A DNA stretch of 64,000 bases, from the NCBI GenBank assembly GCA_000708835.1, contig DF236956.1:248001-312000 (forward strand), given 5' to 3'. Below the pieces are notes generated by a model. The model had not been told where the DNA came from. It was given only the letters and a program-made list of their open reading frames with translations, and did not search any database. Positions 22,099 through 34,379 of this stretch are shown piece by piece. A program made the translations under genes and the position numbers. The DNA comes from Klebsormidium nitens. Its lineage: Eukaryota > Plantae > Klebsormidiophyceae. How positions within the stretch are numbered: position 1 is the first letter of the stretch; every line of letters starts with the position of its first letter.

Positions 22099-23509
22099 CC
22101 CTCCCAATGCTTTTGCACGATCTTGTGACTTCCTGCGTCACATATTTTGATGGTCACTTTTGATCAAGTGTGACTTTTGCGGTGGTAGCTCTGCTGGGCA
22201 AAGCTTGTGGGAGTCCGACTCCCACAAGCTTTGACGGTCGCAGAATACTTTTCTGCTTTTCTCGGGACTTAGCCAAAGTAGAGCTTAGGTTTGCAACTTA
22301 TCAACTTACTACAAACAACAGAAGGAAAGAACTCAAACCCTCCCCGGACTCAAACGAGACTCAAACTAACTATCATAACTACAGTGTAGTCAGTTAGCAA
22401 GACCTTTCATTGAATTGGATGCCGCTTTGAGGACATCGTCCATTTCTGCTTCTTGGCATGTGGATTATTCATGATTCTCATGGTATTTTATAATCACCAT
22501 GCCATTTATCGGAGTGCTATTTCGTATTGAAGCATGAAAGACGGAACAAATGTCCGACTTGTTCTTCAGAGAGACAGACAAGATTTTTCTTGCTATCTTG
22601 GGGACCGCAGGTGGTGAGAATGCTTCCGGCTCTGCCATTCGTATCATTGATATCATAGCCTTCGGCACATCAATCTATTCAATATATTACAAGTTGCCAA
22701 GAGGGCATGGACGCAAAACTGTCTCACTCGCCCCGTGATTGCGAGTGGAAAGGAGCAAACATGTGTAGGATGGCTTGTCATGTATATGTCTGCTCTTTTC
22801 CGGTAAGTTAGCCAATTCATGATATTCCGTTACAGTCCTCAACGCGTGGCTAGCGCTCGTGTTTGTCGCCAGCGCGTGCCAGCGTGTGCAGAGAGTGTGC
22901 CGCCGTGATCAAACCTGCTGTAGACTCATATTTATTCCCCCCCAAAAAAGTCACGGTACGTCTAGCAAAAACACCGCGTTGGACCCCCGCTGGACATCCC
23001 AAAATTTGCTCGCCATCAGCTAGGCCAAAATGAGCCAGGGGCCGAAGAGCTGCCGGGAGTTCAGGAGTTAGCGTGGTTCTTAAAAAAGGAGCGGTGCTGG
23101 AATCAAAGCATCTCGCACCGTACGGGAAAAGAGATGCAAGCCTGAAACTCGAGCCGGAGACGCAGCGCGCCTCAAGTACTGCAACCTGGAGATGAAAAAG
23201 AGAGGAAAAAGACAGGACCCATCGAACGGATAAACCGGCCATATAACATGCTTCTTGGAAAAGGCATGCATCCTTTGAAGGATGGGATCTGACTCGGAAC
23301 ACGAAACGTGAGACCTCAAAGCGTGTTGAAGCGCTCACAACGTCTGGTATCGATGCCCCACCAAACGTCGCCGGCATGTTAAATCACTACTTAGCTAAGT
23401 AGGGAAGCATAACGAACTCAGATTAAGGTGGAAAGGTGAAAGCGGACAAGCGACGACACCTGAAGATCGCTCAACGCAACGGACCTGACAAAGACAGGCA
23501 CAACAGCGG

Positions 23510-23550
23510 TTTTAGGGTTTTAGGGTTTTAGGGTTTTGGGTTTTTGGGTT
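23510..23550 (+). repeat. Interstitial telomere-like repeat (TTTTAGGG)x3 plus two degenerate units
   Basis: TTTTAGGG TTTTAGGG TTTTAGGG TTTTGGG TTTTTGGG. TTTTAGGG is the known telomere motif of Chlamydomonas and Klebsormidium. Confidence 0.85.
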
Positions 23551-24159
23551 GCGGATGTGCGGGGTACACTTTTGAGCTAGAACGTGGTGGGTTGAAAGGC
23601 TGGCGAAAGCAGCTTTCATGAGCGACATGGGGCACCAAGCGGACGCCCAAACACGTCTGGTATCAGATCCACTATGTATACATCTGAAACAACCAAGGTC
23701 TCAACCAAGGTCTCAGGAGCGGCTCCCACAGTCAAGGGTCGATCAGATAAATTGGCTTTACCGAACCTGGTAATCGTTTCAAGATGTTTTCAGCATCCAT
23801 GCGATTGATAGAATGCCCAACAGGACTCTTGAATTACTCTTTGAGCATCCGGTGTGAGTAACCCAGCTCCCAACGAGGCCTGACAGTAAATCAAGCATGT
23901 TACATGATCACAAGAAACTTCAAACTCAACGGTTTCAAGTTACTACCATGTTGTAGCGGCCTGCGCGGTCGCTTCGGCATAAGCACAAACCCACGAGCTT
24001 TACAGCGTCGGTAGTCCATCAACTTAAAGAGAAGCAACATACACACAAGTGGGTGGGGCTACGCGCTAGCGGCATCGTCCTGACGGTAGAAATTACGTTC
24101 GTGGGTATGATCGAAGGAAGATATTGACAGCGCATGTGAAGCAGCGTATGCACTGGCAT

Positions 24160-27100
24160 CGGAGAAGAAAAGAAGGTACTGCAAATGGCTCAAAGAAGAC
24201 CAGCCGTACAGTCGTCACTGCCACGGTTTACTGCCTGTGAGAGGGCAACCCACCATACAGCGCGTCTTCGAGTCTTCAAACGGCGGCCTCCAAGCCTCCG
24301 CACCAGACTGTTGCAGGTATCGCATAATAGATATAAAGGTACAGATCGAACCAGGAATTTACATCATCAAACGTCATTGGGGTAGATGCTATTGTGAAGT
24401 TGAACAAGAATTAGAAGCAAAGTCTTCCAGAACAACGTGCGGTCAAGGAGCAAGCAACCTTGAGCAATGAGGTGTGAGACAGCAGGCCGGCCACATGAAT
24501 GGAGCCCGCCAAGAAGACCGAATCCTATAAGTTGGCGGAGTCTGCGTAAACGTCGGAAAAGAAGGACTGGCTCAGGGCTTGGAGACACTATCCGGAAAAC
24601 ATGTCCTCTCAGTATAGCTCCAAAACCTGCCGCCGAGCTCCTCTTCCGGACGTCCTTGGAAGACGGGTGCAAAGAGTACATTCTGTCGACGACGAGGTTG
24701 GGCTTTACTCAGCAAACGATTTCCATCAGGAACTTCGGAAACACTCAATACTTTTCAAGAGGCTTAAGAATGCAGGCGAAGTCCTTCTCGAGCCGGGGTC
24801 CTGAAAGAAGGCTGGGGCGGACGGGCTGTCGTCAGTACCCCGGGACTGACGACAATCTCATCGAACTGGCACAACGGTCCTTGGCAGGACCACCGGGGTA
24901 TTCTTTCAACCGCGGCGACTCGAAAGTCCAAGGGCAGATTTGGTGTGTCGCCGAAGTTGAGCGTTCACGACCCACTAGCTTTGGTATGCGCTGCGTATAA
25001 ACAGCGGCGTCATAACGTGGCAGAAGACCAAAGAGCTACACAAAAGACCCAGACAGACCATACCGTAAATGAATGGATCCACAGAGTTGTTGGCAAAAGT
25101 TTTCCGCGGATGGCGTCTGAAGTAGACACGGTTTGGCCAGAATACAACCATGCACGCTTTCCTCATAGCCACAGTCGCAGTTTGGCCTAGAAACATGAAT
25201 GGGTGCACTAGAAGAGGAATGTTATCGCGCACTTTTGAGCTCTCAGATGGAAAAACTAGGTCTGCGGGGTTTGAAGACAGGCAGAGAGCCTTGAGTCCGG
25301 GGCGAACCATACACGACTCAGAGATTGGGAGCGAGTGGTGCCGAGCCCGCATTGCATTTCTCCGCACTGAAACGAGCAGATCGGACGGGTGACAGAGAAT
25401 CTACTTCAGTCAGTAATGGTACTCTTATGGGCTCATTTGTTCCCAAGAACTCGAACGCCTCCACACGACTGAAATACACAACGGGTAGCATCCGAAGACC
25501 CAAGGCAAGCAACTGGCCAGACTGGTAGGTGACCAAGGAGTCGTCACAGACACCGTTGGTCTCGTTCGCTATACTGAAACATGTCAGAAAACTTTCAAAA
25601 GCTGCAACACCTGTAAACTGCACGCAAGAAAAATGAAGAAACAACCATCAAGAGCCACAAGCAGGGTATGTCAAAGTCAGAATATGGAGCATTGACGGTG
25701 ACAGAACCAATGTTATTACCAGCCGGAAAGAAATGCAGATTTGACACTGCAGGCAAAAAAGCCGGGGCTGAAAACTGGAAGTTGCAGTCTGGACGTAAGA
25801 TACAGAGAAGCCTAATTGGTTGAAACGCGGCTGAACAATATGCTAGACCCTATCGACCTTGGTCTCTGGTAGACGAAATACAGGTGAATACAGGTGGCGT
25901 CCGAAGTGCGACGAAAAAGGAACATGGCCGTAAGGCCAGGCTATCGTCATAGCCACAGTCGACTTCTGACCCAGACAAACTGAGCACAGGAAGGAAGATC
26001 TTCAAAGAACATTCCCAACGTTCCAAATGAGCAAATCAAATGCTGCGGGGTTTGACGGACAAAGAAGGAGCTCCGCTTCAGAGCCCAATCCAGAACGTCT
26101 TCACGACTAGAAACCTGGCTGATGCAACGCCCGCAGAGAGAGTACGCAGACGGACCAATCCGAGCGCGCGAAATCAACAGAGTTACTATGGTTAACCACG
26201 GTAGTCCTTCAGACTCAAAACCGAGAAGTTCGCGCACTGCCCGCACGAGATCTAAGATCAGAACGGATGCTATTTGGAATTTATACAAGCAAAACGCTGG
26301 CCCTAAAGGTGACCAGGCAGTCGTCACAGCCACCGCTGGAATGGTCGTAATTAAGGGAGTGTGTTTCGACGTGAACAGCAAAACTTATTTGGCGCACACC
26401 GAGCTTTAATGTTGCACCAGAGATTGCGGAAAGAGGAATGCCAAGAAATCGACCAGCGAAAGCCGCCCACGATCTTACAAGCAGGGGGTTTGAATTCAGG
26501 ATGATCAGGACACTTGATGGTGTTGGAACCATGGAACAAACCAATCGGAAGAGATGCGCGTTTGACAGTGCAACCAACAAGGCAAGGGCCTACAAGTTGG
26601 ATCAACCGCATTCTGGACCGTGAGACACAAACAAGCCGAGAAAGTTGGAAGACGGCGGGATAACAGGCTATTTCGTATCGACCCTGATGCTGGGGGAAAT
26701 CTGCTGACTAAAAGACGTGAAACATACTCGCCCACGATACCTAGTACGTCCGGATGTTCCGCGGGATCCAGAATCCTCTCTCGAACTAAAGCAGCGAAAT
26801 ATATGAGAGGTGGAAGCAAAATCGTTGAGCGTTGTCACTTTGGTGCTCGCTCTCCCCAACAGACCAGTTCGTGAGGCTTAACCGTGTGATGCGGAACAAG
26901 ACAAACCTCCTTAAGAGTAGGGCTTGTTGAAATGTGCCAGAGTGGGGCCTCCTGGAGCGTGGCTGCGTGCGATGCCCGGGCGGAGCACAAGCAGGTTGTT
27001 GTGATTGAGTCGGTGCTGAAGTTCAGGCTCCGGACATTAGCAGCAAAAATGTGAAATCCTGGGGCCCATCTGAAGATGGAAAGGTGGCAAAACCAACCTT

Positions 27101-29590
27101 TCATTAGCGACACGTGGCGGTCAAGCAACCCCGGACAAGAATGCGGTCGGGCGTCAGAACCGCGATGAAAGTCTTCCTGAGTCAACCGGGAACCTCAGTA
27201 GTGGTTAATCATGGCCCTCGTTCATCTAACGAGGTGATTGTCTCCCATTACGTGTAGCAGATCGAAGCTACGAGTAAACATGCAATTGTAAGTGAGCCTG
27301 ACAGGAAAAGTAGGACCCTTTCAAGGTGTTCTTGAAAACGCGGTGTGCTTCGCTGACAAGGTCGTGCAGAAACCGACTATGCTTGCAGAGCGACGACTGA
27401 ACATGGCGGTTTGCGCGCCGCTTCGGCAAGAGCAGGTAGTCACAGGCCCCTCGTAGCAATGAATTATAATCCTGCAACAAGTTTCCAAGCAAGACAAGCA
27501 AGTCCTGATTGGGCCACGAAGCGGCATCTTCCTGAGGGGAGACATTTACGCATTTATGACGGAACAAAGATTCTCTATGACGATCAAATGAAACTGAGCA
27601 ACCGTTTTTGGCGCACCGTATGTGGCATCGGAAATGTCGGCGGTGTACCAATGGCCCGAAATGAGACCAACCCAAGCAGTCATCACAGCCACTGGCAACT
27701 ACTTACGATTGGTCTGCTCACCAACAGCGAGCGGCGTAAACCTCTACGGCCTCACTAGGCTTTCTCGAGCACTGCACACGAAATGCGGAGGCACCTGAAG
27801 CTAGCCAGCCAGATCCCCGCATTCGAAGACCAGCACATCAGACAAACAATGCTTTGTACCAGAAAGTTGACCTCAAGCTGGATACACCCACGTTTAAAAC
27901 AACGAGGGCTCGAGGAGCGAGCAAGCTGAGTGGCTTGTGAGACAGGACGGCCCAATCAATAGAGGCCATGCAAGGTGGACTGGAATTTGAAAGGCGATAT
28001 GGTTTTTCGTTCAAAAGAAGAAGTTGGCTCGGGATGAGGAGGTACGATTTCAAAGTGGGCGCGCTAGAAGCATTTTCATAAGTGCAGCTTGATCCTCCTT
28101 CGGGGTTCCTGAAAGGCGGTATGGTTCCTAAAGTTGTCGTACTGAGATTGGGCTTGACGTACAAAGGCCGACGGGAAGACGCCCACTTTCGACAAGTTGA
28201 GGACGTTAGCATCCAATAAGGACACAGCCGGCACGGTGTCAGTGTGGCCCTTGAGGTGGCCAAGCACTCATCACAGCCACCGTTGGGTTGATAGACTTAG
28301 TAGCCATGTCTCCACCCCCGATATCAAGCGTTACACGCAAGAGGATTGAAAGGCCCTAATACTTGGAAACCCTCTTAAAAGCTTGCAAAATGAGAAACTG
28401 CAGAGGAAAAGCAACCAGCCAAACCCGCCACAGTTGCACGCAAAAGACTTTCTGAGCAAGGATATGGAGCAGTAACGGAGGTGAATATGGAGCAGTAACG
28501 GAGGTGAATATGGAGCAGTAACGGAGGTGGAGCACGGGAGGCACACCAACAGAATTCCCAAGTCCAAAATTCAAGAGAAATGCAGGGCAGCGTGTCAGCG
28601 GGATGAGTCACTCCAACCCAGACGAAGACCACGAAGCCCCAGGAAAACGGAAGAAAGCGGAAGGACGTGCTCCACCGTAGAGGGCTTGATTATGAGCGAC
28701 TGATTCCAACAAAATTATCGGTGACTTGAAAGCATACGTCGCTCAAACAATTGCGTTACACGTCGTTCCAAGGGTGGCTGAATAACGAGATTCTAGCTCA
28801 ACCTCAGAACACAAAAGGACTCGGCAATGAAAGCGACGACTTCGGACTCGCCGAACAATGGCAACAGGCCAGACGAACAGAGACGGAGACAGAGACAGGC
28901 ATGACCCATTAGCAGCTTGAAGATGCAATCGTGGTACAATCGGAAAAAACCAAGCCTCCAGCGAAACGATTGTCATGTGCAACATAGACTACCAAGCAAA
29001 CGCCTAAGAACGACTGGCATCAGAACTAGTGCCCGTGCCCTGAATCAAGCAACGTCTCAGGAGCGGCTCCTCGTAGCCCACAATTGAGCGTCATTCGATC
29101 GATTTCATTGTAACGTCATCCTTCCTGCGAGCTACTGAAAGCAATGCTCGACAGGACAGGAAGTCCGCCAGGGCTCGTTTTGATTTGAGGTGCTCTTTCG
29201 ATATTTGGTATGAGCCCTAGCTCCTGACGAGGCCCTGACCAACGGACCACGAACCAAATGTACCTCCAGAACCATACAATCAGTCTAGGGCTTCAGTCAC
29301 ATGCTTTCCTAAGCAACTAGTGCAGCGCGGTCGCATGAGAAGAAGCACGAACAGTAAAACACCATTTAAGAAGCAAGATACACAAGTCTGGATCGGGCCC
29401 AGAGCAGCACCAGTTTTCCAGTGACGGAAAATCCTCGAAGGTCTTGAAACTCCTCTTGGCTACTCATTGGAAATCAGCAGCGGATGTGGCGCAGCACTGT
29501 TGTGGCGTCAGATAACAATCCGGCACTGTTCATGGCCCAAGAGGAGGCCAGAGAGTCCTCACAGCCACGTTGACTTACTAGTCCGGTTAA
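24160..29590. repeat. Second, widely spaced subfamily of the array core motif
   Basis: GTGGCRTCRGA...TGGCC..G(G/A)CCA...GTCRTCACAGCCAC cores at approximately 24211, 25540, 25943, 26320, 27679, 28267 and 29555. Flanking motifs are shared between copies, for example TGTGAGACAG at 24473/27936 and GGCACCTGAAGCTWGCCAGCCA at 27790/29692. Confidence 0.7.
28462..28529. repeat. 23-bp minisatellite x3 (ATATGGAGCAGTAACGGAGGTGA)
   Basis: Units start at 28462, 28485 and 28508. Confidence 0.95.
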
Positions 29591-32117
29591 GGAGATTTCC
29601 TACCAGTAGCGGGATGCTCGGACGCAGCCTTTGAGTTCTTGGCTGTTGCAATTGCTGGACCACCAGACTTGTCGTACTTGGATTTGCTATTGGCACCTGA
29701 AGCTTGCCAGCCAACATAAGAAACTGTCGCAAAAGAGAAGCACTCGGTAACTTGTGAAGTGGAGACAATCTTGGTTCACAAGCAAATTGAGGCTGTTCGA
29801 TACAATAAGTTCAATGATACGATTCGAGGAGGGCTCAGGAAGCACGCAATCTGAATAACTTGGAAAGTCAAAATTGGGCGCAGCCTGGCAGAGCACCGAG
29901 ATGAATCTAGTCCAGCAAAGCGGCAGGAACTTGAGTCAGGAAGATCTGCAATTTCCATTGAACAGGCATTGGCTCAGAATCTGTATCTAGACCGCTTTCT
30001 AAAGCCTGCGTTCTTAGAAAATTTTAAGCATTGCCGCCATGCTCCTGCTTCACGTTCTTGAACGGCGATGCAATCAACGGAAAAGTTACTCAAGCAAGAT
30101 CTGGTCTAACGAAGAGACATTCCAAAACGACTAAAACACGAGCTTTCTCTATCGCTTATGGACGCACAAGAAACATACGCGTACTTTTCACGGGGGTTTC
30201 CTGCCAAGAGACACAAGACGTGAGGGCAGAATCCGACGACCTCTTCACCAGAGTCTGGCTGCACTGGTCGCCTCACAGGACCACCGGCTTGACGAATCAA
30301 GCGCGGCCTGGAGGTCAAATGGGATCACTAAGCAGAACACGAGACACAAGGAGCCAAAAGAGCTGAAAGACCGCGCATAACTTGTGCTGACTGGAAAGGC
30401 CCTAGGTTTCTGCGCGGATAGTATGACTTGAAAGAAACGTTTTAAAAACGAAAGGCACCAAGAAATTGCAGATGAGGGACCCTGCTTCTTTGTTTAGCAG
30501 ACCCCTGGCTTTTAGCCCAACAGATTCTAGCGATAATCGACGGTTTGAACGGGGAGCATCGGCAACAAAACTTTATCTGGACAAGATTAGCCCAGGCAAT
30601 GCGTCACAGCCCTAGCATACGGCTTGGGAGTGAGACAAAGAGGCTCACAGAGGTGGCTATCGGATCCACAGCAATCAAGGACGCCGAGATTTGCTGAACA
30701 GGCAGAAGCCGGAAAAGGTGACTCTGAAGAAAGATAAGCGCGCTCAATACAATCCTAGCAAGGCGCGGGCCGGCAAGCTGGCCCCGGGAGAGCACCTCGA
30801 GCATAGCAGTTTTTTATGACATGCCATGGAGCAAACTTTTCCAAAGAGCAGAGCGATACGACAAGCAGGCGTACAAACCACAAGAAATGATCGAGGAGAG
30901 AATCTTATGGATGTGGGCAAGGGCATCGTGCTTCCTGAGCTCTTCAACAGGGCCTATTAGATAGTCATGATCGGATTGTTTCCCCGAAATCTTTTCAAAC
31001 TGAGTGGGGCGCAAGACCAGAACTATTCAGCGTGTCTGTTTTTGAGCAATTCTTTTGGAGCCGCTCCTAAATCTGCTGCTCTCACTAAAGATAACAGATC
31101 CGAAAACTTTCAAAGCGTGTGCTGCGAGCCAGCCGCCTCTTTCTGAAATAAGATGTCAAAATCAGGACAGGGAGAAACCAAGAATGGCAATCAAAAGGCC
31201 ATTGGTAGAAATGTACGAGAGACTGCAGCCGGGTAGACTTGGTAGCAGCAAGCGCAATCCTCGTAAAGCCCACACACAAATGGGATCCTGCATTCTGGGG
31301 TCCACAAAAGAGAACACCAAGATAGTCAACAGTATTCCTCAAATCGAAGCTGCTTAAGGACCAAAAGTGGCTCAGGACGACCTTCCGAAGGAAGAAGAGT
31401 GGTTGCTTCCAATGCATCCCTTGGGCGTCATAGCCATCCAAGAGCACAACTCTGCATAACTGAAAAGGCAGTATTTCTCTAAGAAGAAAAACGGCAAGAA
31501 GAGCAAATCACCGCTGGCGCTCAAAACTTCAACAAAGTGCAAAGGGCCGAACTGAAGGATAGAGCCGAGAGCAGCAACTCTTGAGAAGGAAGCACTTGAT
31601 AGGGACACGCTAATCTGTGCTGCTCGTGAGAAAGATCACTTGATTGAAACACAGTATACAAACATGCGGCCCAAGGAAGGTTAAGCAGCTGGTCTAGTCT
31701 CCCATAACTCGGAAGCGAGACACCTTGAAGGCATAACAGACCATCATACAGGAAGAAGGTGCCAGCACGCCTTGGACAGTATCAAAGCTGGCGTGAAGAA
31801 GCGGTGGGCCATTATTTGCGAGCGCCCCCAGACGTGTCTCATCCTTCCAAGTTGAGGAGTATACCCAAAATCTGCTTCATATGTGGACCAGCTCAAGCGA
31901 ATCACGCCCACACTCATACAGAGTCAGGTTCAGAGTGGGCATGGCAATCAAGTACAGTCTGTTTCCCTGATACACAAAATGGTTGTGAGTTCCAGAGGCG
32001 ACAATGTTCAATCTATACATCCTGGACTGTGGGATATATTGCTGTACCCAACTACAGCACAATCCCGACTTCTATTTCAAACCTCAGAAACGCTCCCATT
32101 CAATCTTCTGTCACTTG

Positions 32118-33148
32118 TCAACTCGCCTCCGCCTTTGGCTTTGTCTTCGGTTCCCGGTATGCCTCCTTCCAGGACACCTGCTCGCTTGTGTCCGCAGAAA
32201 CTTTCCAGTCATGCTTTGCTAGGCCCCGAATCTGCTCCTCTGCCGGGCCCGGGTGAAACGGGGAAGAGTACCAGAGGCCCCATGCTGACCCTGATCGTCC
32301 ATCCTGTGAAATGAGTGGGGAAAACAGTTCATCAAATTTTCTGCGGTACCACCCTCTAGTGATTACGAGAAGACAAGAGAAGCCTTTGTGCAAGGAAAAC
32401 CACACCACCAACATCTCTAAGGAATTCCAAAAGGGATGTGGTTGAAAAAACAGACGGTGTTATAAAGAGTAACGCATGGTGGTGGTATGTACAGCGCAGG
32501 CTGATTCAGGAAGTCTCACAAAAGAATCTGTGCCTTCAACGACGACTGCCAATTCAATTAGAGGCCTCAGAAGTTGTCACTGAGCAGAGTTGCTCATCTT
32601 GACTGGCTAATGCAAACAAGCGCTTCCTGATTTGGAAGGCAAGTTAGCAGCAGTCCCAGCAGTCCCATTGCTGCATGATTCTCCAATTGACATTCCCTGT
32701 CATTAAACCTTCTGAGACTAAAAGGCGCGCCACGCGCGGCGCGGGGCTTGAAAATCTGGTCTTCAACGGGTTCGCAACAACGCCTCAAACCCTTTCCGGA
32801 ACAGCGTAAACAGATGAATGGCATTTTCCAGACCATCAGGAATGGCAATGTTAGCACTCTCAAAATCATTCCATCCTCAAAAAACTTCTCCTATGCCTTG
32901 TTGATTACTCAAGCGATTCCACTCACATGCGACTTCACCCTGACTTTTGTAACTTCGTAATACTCTGTCTCGCTCCAGGGTTTCCGCCGCAGCTTCGACC
33001 CCACCCCCCAGTTCGGCAGATCTGCGACCACCTCAAAAAAGTTCTTGCCCCGACGCTTTGCTGAGCTTGTCAGCCCCCCAGCAGCTGCAGCTTCCGTCTT
33101 TGCAGCAACCTCCGCAGCTAGAATCAAGCACCGCTGGAAAGCGCTCAT
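32118..33148 (-). CDS. MRPS34: Mitochondrial small-subunit ribosomal protein mS34 (2 exons, ~135 aa)
   Basis: Exon 33148-32927 (...KNFFEVVADLPNWGVGSKLRRKPWSETEYYEVTKVRVKSH) joins exon 32303-32118 (DGRSGSAWGLW...) across a phase-0 GT-AG intron. It matches the plant mS34 pattern LPNWGxG...W...YEITK...DGxHGxAWG, recognised from memory. Confidence 0.85.
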
Positions 33149-34379
33149 TCTGCTGATTTGCTGCTCTCTTGTTGACTTGCTTTTTGCCTTCAGATAAAAC
33201 GGTTGCTCTGTCCCTTCTTCGCCTCGACTCAGCTTGAAGGACGATTCATGTGGCCGCCTTCATCATCATGCAAGGAATGTGCCAGGAAGGAAACTTTTTC
33301 AAAGCTTCCAGAGTGCCTACACTGTTTTTTTTGGCGCGCAGCCGCGCGCGCAAGTATCCATTTGGACCTTGGGCCGGCGGACCGGCCGACCAACTTGCGG
33401 CGCGTTGTCAGAAACCCTTCCAAACCCGTTTGGGATCATGCCGCGCGGCCGCAACTGGCGGCCCAACAAATGGTCGCGACGGCAAGCTGCCGGATAGGTT
33501 CCGACTGCAATCCCTTATATTAGCTTGTCACCGTGACGCAGTCCTCTGCGACACTGGAAGCCCATGTGCGGATTCTTGGTGAGTCAGTGAATTTAGGAAT
33601 CATTTCCGCAGCCGCGCAGTCGTCACCTGCCCGTTCGTCCTCACATCGGACGGCATGCGTGACACTGCAGGGACGTTCCTCGAAACGAGCCTCCGCATTT
33701 TCCCTCCTGCCTCAAAGAGGAATTTTGTCGTTTTGTGCTTTCGGGAACGCGACCGAGCTCGTCCCCCGCTCGTCCCGGACTGGGAATTCACTGTATTCAT
33801 GCAGGGAACCCCCTCATTCGACGACGAATTGACATTGCAGTGTAAATTGACGATGCTTTCAAAGGTGACAATCGAAGATCCGGTCTGAGTTGGTATGGTA
33901 CTGGTCACGAAACAGAAGGAATCTCGCGGCGGGAGTGTGTCACAATAGACAGGTGGCCGTCACGCCAAGTCACAATCCCCTCGTGCGCGAGTCAGATACC
34001 TAGCAGGCTTGTATCAAACGGAAGGTCTCAGGAAGGGAGCGCTTCCTCTCTGAGCGGGCGCCGTATTGATTCGAGTAGACAATCTAAGGAACTGTGTGCT
34101 TTGTCACCATAATTGGACAATGACAGATTAGCATTCATTCAGGATAGATTGCGCTTCATTGTGCAGCATGCACTCAAATGTGAGCAGAGAGATTGGCAGC
34201 TGACAGAGCCTTAGAAGCGCTGCAATCTGATGGCGCTTCGAGTGGAGAGCGGTCTTTCTGACGGGACAGTCGACAGGGACAGCTGTGTTGACAGGATGGA
34301 CTTTGATGAAGGCACGCCCTATCCCAGGAGATAGACCAGAACAGTGAAGGAGCAAAGGCTGACGTTGATTGACGCAAAG

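Larger units (their letters stand above)
23640..29590. repeat. Old direct duplication, 23.64-24.24 kb versus 28.99-29.59 kb (offset ~5.34 kb)
   Basis: GTCTCAGGAGCGGCTCC is identical at 23710 and 29054. AGCTCC..ACGAGGCC(C)TGAC occurs at 23865/29219, and the core motif at 24211/29555. Confidence 0.7.

Noticed and set aside
22520-22738. ILGTAGGE resembling the small-GTPase DTAGQE motif
   Set aside because: The catalytic Asp is absent, there is no P-loop or NKxD motif, and the similarity is at chance level.
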